A stretch of DNA of 49,850 bases from Pseudobdellovibrionaceae bacterium. GTDB lineage: Bacteria > Bdellovibrionota > Bdellovibrionia > Bdellovibrionales > UBA1609. The translations under genes and the position numbers were made by a program. The notes beneath the pieces are model-generated. The model had not been told where the DNA came from, did no database searches, and was given only the letters and a program-made list of their open reading frames with translations. Position 1 is the stretch's first letter; each line of letters begins with the position of its first letter. The stretch is taken from positions 1 to 49,850 of the forward strand of contig JAUVAX010000015.1 in assembly GCA_030591685.1 (NCBI GenBank), written 5' to 3'. Shown here in pieces: positions 18,861 to 25,690 of this stretch.

Positions 18861-20864
18861 ATGAATATCAATTTAATATTAACCAGTTTACTTGTGGTCG
18901 CCTTTTCGCAATCCAGTTTAGCGCAGTTTCCGATGCAATACGGTATAGGCGCGAGCATGGGGATGCAAGCCTGCCCTTACGGGAGTTCGGCTGGGGTTTT
19001 TGCAAATAATGATGATTGGGTCGAAGCCAATGAAGAGCTGAGAGCTTTAAAACCAGCAAGTAAACGAGTTAAAAAAATTAGAAAGTCTTTAGGTAAAGTT
19101 TTAGTTGGTAGTCTTGGGTCAGCCCTTGTTGATCACATGATCGTGGGGCGAAATAAAAGTGCTTATAGGTCTTGTAGTGATACCTTTCCGGGTAAGTGCG
19201 TTGCTGTTGCTGCGACTGAGACTGAGACTGAGGCTGAGACGGCGGAGCCTGTCCTTGAACGAGGTCCAGGTGGGGTCGTTTCTGCTCAGGATACAGAAAG
19301 CCCTAATTACAACTCTATTGAAAACACCCTTCGTATGCCCGCAGCTATACAAGGTGGCAGTACCAGTGGTGCGCCCCAAACGGGCGGTTCACAAATAGGT
19401 AATGCCTCTATCAATGGAGCTTTTTGTAGAAAATTTGAATTTCCAATGCCAGCGGACCTTTCGGATGGTCTTTGCTCAAACTTAGCTCGTCGCCATCTTC
19501 TTGATAGTGGTGAGGTAGATATAAACTCAATTTGTGAGAGATCCGTTGTCGATAAGCCAACTGGAGAAAGTGCTTATACTTACCTTAAAAAGAAAAAGAA
19601 AGGTCGGCGAAAGTGTAAAGACCTACTTAAAGAGCTAGAGGATTTAATAGAGGACCTCGAAGATGATGGTTATGGTTTAGTGGGTGCTGAGGATCGAATT
19701 GATGACCTCGAAGATGAAATAGAGGACACCGAAGAAGACATCCAAGACGAGATTGCCGATGGTACTTACTGTGCCACTTGTAGAAACGGAGAGCGACACA
19801 TTAGCGATACCATAGGTAATATTGCCGGCATGATGATCGGTGCTTACACCGGATATAAAAGTTACGATAATATTTCTAAAAGAAATGCGCGCATGGGTTG
19901 GCCTTCGAACTCTTCACAGGCTGCGATGGCTGGGTATCCGTTTTTTGCGGCCGGTTTATATGGTGCTGTTAATGGCGGAATGGGCCAAGGCGGCTACGGT
20001 TGCTCTGGGACAGTTGGCGGCGGAGCCTACGGCCCCGGCGGCATGCTAGGTATGAACGGTATGGGCGGCGCCTTTGGTTACCCACAAGGGATGATGGGCG
20101 CTGGCATTGGTGGTGGTTTATATGCAGGAGGCCTAGGGCCTTGGGGCATGGCCGGACCCAACGGACCTTATGGTATGGGTGGCAACATGGGCATGGGTAT
20201 GGGCCTTGGAATGGGCCTTGGAATGGGCGGTAACCCCTATGGTATGGGTGGCAACATGGGCATGGGTATGGGCCTTGGAATGGGCCTTGGAATGGGCCTT
20301 GGAATGGGCGGTAACCCCTATGGTATGGGTGGCAACATGGGCATGGGCGGTAACCCTTACGGTATTATGGGTGGTAATCCCTATGGTATGGGTGGCAACA
20401 TGGGTTTAGGCTTAGGTCTTGGCATGGGTGGCAACATGGGCATGGGCGGAAATCCTTACGGTATGATGGGCGGTAATCCCTACGGTATGGGTGGCAACAT
20501 GGGTATGGGCGGCAATGGATTAGCTGGAATGAACCCCCAGATGATGCAACAACAAATGCGTATGCTTGAAGAGCAACAGTATCAAATGCGCATAGCTATG
20601 GAGAACGCTCAAAGGCAACAACAAATGCGTATGCAAGCCTCGCAGCAGGCTATGTCCATTAATCAGCAAATTAGTGAATTGCAAATGCAACTACAGCGTT
20701 TAGGAAGTGGGGTCAACGGTGGCCTTAGTGGAGGCATCAACGGTGGTTTTAATGGCAGCATCAATGGTGGATTTAACACTAACATCAATGGTGGGTTTAA
20801 CACCAATATAAATGGTGGTTTTAATGGCAACACCGGCGGAACAAGGCCCACATTTAGTCGGTAA
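18861..20864 (+). CDS. secreted protein with Cys-containing N-region and Gly/Met-rich low-complexity repeats
   Basis: Signal peptide (SSLA-Q), scattered Cys including CATC, acidic coiled coil, GGNPYGMGGNMG repeats, Q-rich helix, INGGFN repeats. Confidence 0.85.
   Translation: MNINLILTSLLVVAFSQSSLAQFPMQYGIGASMGMQACPYGSSAGVFANNDDWVEANEELRALKPASKRVKKIRKSLGKVLVGSLGSALVDHMIVGRNKSAYRSCSDTFPGKCVAVAATETETEAETAEPVLERGPGGVVSAQDTESPNYNSIENTLRMPAAIQGGSTSGAPQTGGSQIGNASINGAFCRKFEFPMPADLSDGLCSNLARRHLLDSGEVDINSICERSVVDKPTGESAYTYLKKKKKGRRKCKDLLKELEDLIEDLEDDGYGLVGAEDRIDDLEDEIEDTEEDIQDEIADGTYCATCRNGERHISDTIGNIAGMMIGAYTGYKSYDNISKRNARMGWPSNSSQAAMAGYPFFAAGLYGAVNGGMGQGGYGCSGTVGGGAYGPGGMLGMNGMGGAFGYPQGMMGAGIGGGLYAGGLGPWGMAGPNGPYGMGGNMGMGMGLGMGLGMGGNPYGMGGNMGMGMGLGMGLGMGLGMGGNPYGMGGNMGMGGNPYGIMGGNPYGMGGNMGLGLGLGMGGNMGMGGNPYGMMGGNPYGMGGNMGMGGNGLAGMNPQMMQQQMRMLEEQQYQMRIAMENAQRQQQMRMQASQQAMSINQQISELQMQLQRLGSGVNGGLSGGINGGFNGSINGGFNTNINGGFNTNINGGFNGNTGGTRPTFSR
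20169..20515 (+). repeat. in-frame tandem repeats encoding YGMGGNMGMG(LGMG)nGNP
   Basis: Near-identical DNA units start at 20169, 20238 and 20319 (periods 69 and 81 bp; the difference is one 12-bp GGCCTTGGAATG unit). Confidence 0.9.
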
Positions 20865-20898
20865 AAGTTCTAAATTATTATTTTTAATTTCTGATAAG

Positions 20899-20930
20899 AA
20901 AAGAGCACTGCTACAAGCCGTGCTTTTTTT
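20899..20930. terminator. probable bidirectional terminator
   Basis: AAAAG-AGCACTGCT-ACA-AGCCGTGCT-T6 between convergent genes. Confidence 0.6.
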
Positions 20931-21927
20931 ATTTAAGGCTCGGGTGCGGAGGTTCATAGATAACCCTTTGCTTGAGGTCCTTATTGTTTTTTGATTTTAA
21001 ATAAAAATACCCTGCCGTCACAGCTGCTCCCCATAGCCACTTGTTTTTATACCAAACTTTACTTGATGGCATAGGTTGAGTAATAAATGGTATATCTTGA
21101 GGCTCTATAGATTTCGGTAAAACCCCGGCAAGGGTTACAGGGGCTTTAAATTTAGCAATACAGTTTTTATTAAAAAATAAAACAAAAGGGGGCCTCGTAA
21201 AGCGTGAGTCTATAGCCGCGATGTGGTCGCAATGACTTGTTAGTAAGGGTTTTTGGGTTATTTTTTTTTGCTTTAAATCGTGTAGGCTTACTTTAAATTC
21301 AATGGGTTTTAGTCGGCTAGACAGGGCCATAATGCTGACTACCCCCTCGGGCCAAGTGATGTTTTTAGTTTTTCTAAGGTCAAAAAGGGTATTAAAAATC
21401 ACTAAATACTCAAAGTCCTTAAAGTCTTGAGTAAGGGTTAGTTTGACCCTTGGGGATGTGGTTTTAATGTGCCTCCACTTATTCATAATGTCCGTGCTAA
21501 AAAGGTCCTTTATGGGGGTGTGCTCGGGGTTATATAAAAACCCCTTTTTAAGCCAATACATTTGCCTATGGTGCTGGCTCTCTAGTGCTGCACGCCTTAA
21601 GTAACTCATTGAAATTACATCGGTAAATTTTTCGGGCAATAAGTGGAGTTCCCCAGTGGCAATTATTTTTTCAAAACTGAGTTTTGATTTTTCATATTCG
21701 CCAGAAAAAAACTGTAACTGAGCATTTTCAAAGTCATCAAGTAACTGGTCAGTATTAACCTGTGATCGAAGTGTAATCACTTGATGTTGAGCATACGAGA
21801 TCACCCCTTCGTTTTTATGAACATAGGTCTGAAAGTTTAATTTTTGATTTTCTGCACCCAATAGGGCCACATCTGAAAAAGCAACACAGGGTATTGCAAA
21901 AAATATTATAAAAAACTTAAACATCAC
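20929..21927 (-). CDS. exported hypothetical protein with TPR-like helices and C-terminal aromatic/hydrophobic segment
   Basis: Signal peptide, AQLQFFSGEYEKSKLSFEK, WYKNKWLWGAAV; last gene of the flp operon. Confidence 0.7.
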   Translation of the reverse strand: MMFKFFIIFFAIPCVAFSDVALLGAENQKLNFQTYVHKNEGVISYAQHQVITLRSQVNTDQLLDDFENAQLQFFSGEYEKSKLSFEKIIATGELHLLPEKFTDVISMSYLRRAALESQHHRQMYWLKKGFLYNPEHTPIKDLFSTDIMNKWRHIKTTSPRVKLTLTQDFKDFEYLVIFNTLFDLRKTKNITWPEGVVSIMALSSRLKPIEFKVSLHDLKQKKITQKPLLTSHCDHIAAIDSRFTRPPFVLFFNKNCIAKFKAPVTLAGVLPKSIEPQDIPFITQPMPSSKVWYKNKWLWGAAVTAGYFYLKSKNNKDLKQRVIYEPPHPSLK

Positions 21928-22397
21928 TCGACTCCTATGGTTATTACACGTTTGGTTTTTTTGGGGCTCATTGGCATTTTTATAGCAGGGCTCTTACGGT
22001 TTTTAATAACTGCAAACATTTTTTGATCTAGACTGATAAACTTATGTGTTTGATCATCAAAAACAAGTGCGTACAGTAGGTTTTCGTTTTTTCGGGACTT
22101 AAAAATTTTTAAGTTTTCAGCAATGAGTATTTTTTTATTATTAGGTATAAATCTATATAAATCAATAACCCCAAAGTCACCAATCATACTTAAAATAGAC
22201 TCTTGATTAGTTAACTCTAGCGGAAACAACGAGTGCCCGGCGGGTATTATAGTGTCGATCTCTAGTAGGTTAACACGCTCAAGCTCAATAGGCTCAGTTT
22301 TAGTAGAGTTAAAAATAAGCTGCAAGGCTAATACTGTCAGTATGCATGCGATTAATATTTGCTTATCATATTTTTTTAAATATTCTTTAATACTCAT
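21924..22397 (-). CDS. divergent CpaB/RcpC-like Flp pilus assembly protein
   Basis: N-terminal TM, IPAGHSLFPL...G..GVIDLY resembles the CpaB IP.G.R...G....VDV motif; Tad context. Confidence 0.55.
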   Translation of the reverse strand: MSIKEYLKKYDKQILIACILTVLALQLIFNSTKTEPIELERVNLLEIDTIIPAGHSLFPLELTNQESILSMIGDFGVIDLYRFIPNNKKILIAENLKIFKSRKNENLLYALVFDDQTHKFISLDQKMFAVIKNRKSPAIKMPMSPKKTKRVITIGVE

Positions 22398-22576
22398 GGG
22401 GGCAACCGACTTTCATTAATTAAAAATATATTTTTTAGTTTAAATAGTGATTTTAAGCTATCCTCGTCTGTAAAAAAATATACAAAACTCATAAGGGCGA
22501 TGAGTGACAATACGAGCTCTATAATAATTTGGCCGCTAGGCGCCTTTTTAGCACCCTTATCGCTGGAGTTAGACAT
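22394..22576 (-). CDS. small TadE-like pseudopilin
   Basis: SG|QIIIELVLSLIAL prepilin motif (G-1, E+5); ATG at 22576. Confidence 0.6.
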   Translation of the reverse strand: MSNSSDKGAKKAPSGQIIIELVLSLIALMSFVYFFTDEDSLKSLFKLKNIFLINESRLPP

Positions 22577-22587
22577 ACAGATAAGTT

Positions 22588-23379
22588 TTAAAACGAATAA
22601 ATTTGCGCTTTCCACAATAGCCCCTTGTTTTCAGTGAGTGTTACTTGGCAAAATTGTGGCACTTTATACTCATTATTTGAGCTGATAAAGGGTGAAAGTA
22701 TTCGAGCAAAATACTCACCAAGTATGCGCGAGTTAAAAAGTGCTGATGAGGCATTAAATTGCCAGCTCACTTGAGCCGCTTGGTTTTTAGGGAGCTCTAA
22801 AACAAGCTGATACTCACTAAAGGGTGACCATGGTGACGTTTTCTCTACAGGCATGGGTATTTTTGATACTTTCGAGTGCCTGGCACTCAACATTCTACCA
22901 AAATACATTTTAACTTTTAATTGCTCAGCCCTTCTGTACATGTTTATGCCCTCAATCAAAATTGTTTGTTGGGCTTTTGCGGCCATTAGGTGAGCCAACT
23001 GTGTAGCCACATAAGCCGCGGCCGCCGCAATGGCATAGGGGTTGCCTACTTTAGTTACTTGTAAAAGGCGTTTTTTAGCATTTAAGTAGGCCTTTAATTT
23101 TTTTCTAATGGTCTTATTAAAGTTAAGCAAATTGTTTACAAGGGGTATTAGATTTTGTTGGGCCTGATAAAGTTGAGTGAGGCAGGCTTTAAAGGGTCTG
23201 TTTGATTCGTTCACTAGGTAAACACAAGTGGCTGTGCCTAAAACTAAAGTGAGTAACAAGGGTAGGGTGATCATGGTGATCATTAATATATAGCCCTTGT
23301 TATTTTGAAAAGGTCTTTTGAGTGCAGTTTGTACCTTCTTTTGATGGTGGCTTTTTGATTGAAATACATAAGTGCCCAA
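22588..23379 (-). CDS. TadG-like minor pilin (start uncertain)
   Basis: NNKG|YILMITMITLPLLL class III signal lacking E+5; Tad context. Confidence 0.55.
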   Translation of the reverse strand: MGTYVFQSKSHHQKKVQTALKRPFQNNKGYILMITMITLPLLLTLVLGTATCVYLVNESNRPFKACLTQLYQAQQNLIPLVNNLLNFNKTIRKKLKAYLNAKKRLLQVTKVGNPYAIAAAAAYVATQLAHLMAAKAQQTILIEGINMYRRAEQLKVKMYFGRMLSARHSKVSKIPMPVEKTSPWSPFSEYQLVLELPKNQAAQVSWQFNASSALFNSRILGEYFARILSPFISSNNEYKVPQFCQVTLTENKGLLWKAQIYSF

Positions 23380-23666
23380 TAGACCTCCCCTTCAAAGTAA
23401 AAATCATTTTTTTTCAAACCTAATGTGAGTTGTTGTCCCTTGGCTTTTAAAAGAAGCCCAGAGTTCATAAGATGTTTTATTTTTAGCTCACAACTTGTTT
23501 TAGAGCTCTCCCATTGAGCCATGCACACAAGCCCCCTGTGCATACTGTGTTTGATCCAAAATAAATCCCACTGTATTGAGATGATAAAAAATACCCCCGT
23601 AAAAAGAGTCATTATTACAAGTATAGAACTCGTGGCCTCAATCACACTTTGCCCACTGTGGTTCAT
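23283..23666 (-). CDS. TadE-like pseudopilin
   Basis: MNHSG|QSVIEATSSILV motif; ATGA overlap with flp. Confidence 0.7.
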   Translation of the reverse strand: MNHSGQSVIEATSSILVIMTLFTGVFFIISIQWDLFWIKHSMHRGLVCMAQWESSKTSCELKIKHLMNSGLLLKAKGQQLTLGLKKNDFYFEGEVYWALMYFNQKATIKRRYKLHSKDLFKITRAIY

Positions 23667-23929
23667 CTTTTGTCACTTTTTTTTGGGTTGGCGGCACTTC
23701 TCATAAAATTAGATAAGTCCTTTTTTTTATAGTGATTGCTTCGTACTTTATTTATTTGACTGAGCTCGTTTGAACCTTCAGACCCCTGAAGAGCATTTAT
23801 AATTTGTGCAAATTTATAATTAGTAGTGTGCTGTAAAAGTTTTATTACACTAATGGCAGCCACCCCCATTAAGGCGACTATAATTAAGTACTCAATGACC
23901 CCTTGCCCCTTACTATTTTTTATAGCCAC
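23663..23929 (-). CDS. flp: Flp family type IVb pilin
   Basis: RBS AAGGAG then GTG at 23929; KG|QGVIEYLIIVALMGVAAI Flp motif (E+5, Y+6). Confidence 0.88.
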   Translation of the reverse strand: MAIKNSKGQGVIEYLIIVALMGVAAISVIKLLQHTTNYKFAQIINALQGSEGSNELSQINKVRSNHYKKKDLSNFMRSAANPKKSDKR

Positions 23930-24060
23930 AGCAAACTCCTTACAGTTGTAACAAGAGTATCCCGTGCAACAACTGTGACAGGTGTCTATTAAAAAAGAGC
24001 AGGACATAGAGGATAGCGCATCCGGGATTTTTTAAAATTGTCCGAATGTCGAATGCTATT

Positions 24061-24101
24061 TAAAACTTTGGTGTAAAAGCTGTGGTGTAAAAACTATGGT
24101 G
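24061..24101. repeat. three imperfect 13-14 bp direct repeats upstream of flp
   Basis: TAAAACTTTGGTG / TAAAAGCTGTGGTG / TAAAAACTATGGTG, contiguous. Confidence 0.75.
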
Positions 24102-24383
24102 TTAAATATTAGGAGCTAAAATAATGTCGCTAAATGTAATCATAGAGGACTCAGTAATAATGTGATTTTTTTAATTCAAAAGTATTAAGTCTCTGTTAGG
24201 TCGAGGCTAACAAAAGGGCCTTTGGCACAGCCGTTCGCTTAAAAAGAGGTAGAGTTATAAACGCCTGGGGCGCCTTTGTTGATTCAATTAACGGTAAGGC
24301 AGTTAATCACAATACGTGAGTTTATCACAATGTGATGAATAATAGATAAATTAACTAATTAAGTAGTGGTACAGGCGGTGGGG

Positions 24384-24611
24384 TTATTTTTTTCGAGCGG
24401 CTTTTTTTGCAGCGGCCTTTTTTTCAGCGCGTATCCGGTAGTTGCGGTCGATGATTTCGAAGGTTTCTTTTCGTAGGTCGTGCTCGTATATAAACCGGTA
24501 AAAGGCATTGACCTCAGCACTTTTTCTAAATTTTTTAGTAGTTGCAGGGAGGGCATCACTGGCGTCGTAGCTGATACTACCATCTTGTGCGACTTGAACT
24601 TTTGTGGCCAT
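24384..24611 (-). CDS. small basic hypothetical protein with Lys/Ala tail
   Basis: RBS AAAGGAG, FYRFIYEHDLR core, tail KKAAAKKAARKK. Confidence 0.75.
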   Translation of the reverse strand: MATKVQVAQDGSISYDASDALPATTKKFRKSAEVNAFYRFIYEHDLRKETFEIIDRNYRIRAEKKAAAKKAARKK

Positions 24612-24705
24612 TGAATCTCCTTTTAAAGCTTCAAATACAAGTTTTAGACAAAAAAAGCCCTTTGGTCAACGGGTAATCTATAGCTCAAAGATAGATCCTT
24701 AAAAA

Positions 24706-24718
24706 TATCAATAAGTTA
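24706..24718 (+). promoter_or_regulatory. IHF consensus match
   Basis: TATCAATAAGTTA fits WATCAANNNNTTR in a divergent intergenic region; a chance match is possible in AT-rich DNA. Confidence 0.3.
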
Positions 24719-24790
24719 AAAAAATGTGGCCAACCTGGGGCGTGTTGATTAAAGTGAGGGATGTAAAAAAACTACATACTCTAAGAGGGC

Positions 24791-25657
24791 TTGATGCAAA
24801 TATTAGACGGCAAAGAAGTTTCGAAAAAATGTAAAAAGCAAATTTTCAAGCAAGTTCAGGCGCTTAAGGCCGAATCAGGCCGTGCCCCTTGTTTGGCCGT
24901 GGTCCTTGTTGGCGATGACCCGGCAAGCCAAGTGTATGTGCGAAATAAAATAAAATCTTGTGAAGAGGCGGGTATTTTATCCAAAGAGGTGCGCTTACCC
25001 TCTGATGTCACTCAAGCCCAGCTTGAAGAGCACATCAAAAAACTTAATAACGATGACAGCGTACATGCTTATTTAGTGCAGTTGCCTTTGCCAGAGACCC
25101 TCGATAAAACTAGGGTTTTAGACCTTATTGACCCCCTTAAAGACGCCGATGGCCTCACAACAAGTAACTTAGGGCTTTTATTTGCCTCAAGGCCAAGGGT
25201 GGTCCCTTGCACCCCTAAGGGTGTTATGAAAATTTTAGAGCACTATAACATTGAACTTGCAGGCAAGAGAGCCGTTGTTATTGGCCGAAGCCAAATCGTG
25301 GGTCTCCCCATGGCGCACCTTTTATTAGGGGCTAATGCTACAGTGACCGTATGCCACTCCAAAACAGCCCAATTAAGTGAGGTCACACGCCTGGCCGACA
25401 TTGTGATTGCAGCGGCCGGAAAGCCAGAATTTTTAACAACCGAGTATTTTAAAAAAAATGCCGTAGTTATAGATGTAGGCATACACAGAAAGGCTCTTGA
25501 GGGCGACAAATCAAAACTTTGTGGTGACGTCAATTTTGACGATGTCAAAGATCACCTTTTAGCCCTCACCCCTGTGCCTGGGGGGGTCGGCCCCATGACC
25601 ATAGCTATGCTTTTGCAAAATACTTTAGAGCTATTTAAACTAAGGCTTCAGGTTTAA
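24791..25657 (+). CDS. folD: bifunctional methylene-THF dehydrogenase/cyclohydrolase
   Basis: ASQVYVRNK, VQLPLP, PCTPKG, GRSQIVG, TPVPGGVGPMTIAML. Confidence 0.97.
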   Translation: MMQILDGKEVSKKCKKQIFKQVQALKAESGRAPCLAVVLVGDDPASQVYVRNKIKSCEEAGILSKEVRLPSDVTQAQLEEHIKKLNNDDSVHAYLVQLPLPETLDKTRVLDLIDPLKDADGLTTSNLGLLFASRPRVVPCTPKGVMKILEHYNIELAGKRAVVIGRSQIVGLPMAHLLLGANATVTVCHSKTAQLSEVTRLADIVIAAAGKPEFLTTEYFKKNAVVIDVGIHRKALEGDKSKLCGDVNFDDVKDHLLALTPVPGGVGPMTIAMLLQNTLELFKLRLQV

Positions 25658-25690
25658 AGAACTGGGTTTAATAAGTAGTTATAATCAAGC

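Noticed and set aside
19159..19398. ORF with an RLRLRL run
   Set aside because: Shadow of the GACTGA hexamer repeat in the main gene.
20000..20409. Alternative-frame ORFs (WAWVWALE and similar)
   Set aside because: Frame shadows of the Gly/Met repeats; no RBS or independent coding signal.
23930..24007. Cys-rich N-terminal extension of Flp in the ORF track
   Set aside because: The RBS and GTG at 23929 give a normal prepilin leader; the upstream part overlaps the likely promoter.
17564..24101. CRISPR array interpretation of the short repeats
   Set aside because: Repeats are contiguous with no unique spacers and of the wrong length; no cas genes.
24223..24238. Plus-strand sigma54-like TGGCACAGCCGTTCGC
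   Set aside because: GG to GC spacing is 11 rather than 10, and there is no plus-strand gene immediately downstream.
24359..24583. 74-aa ORF overlapping the small basic gene
   Set aside because: Same strand, different frame; the 24384-24611 frame has the strong RBS and a protein-like sequence.
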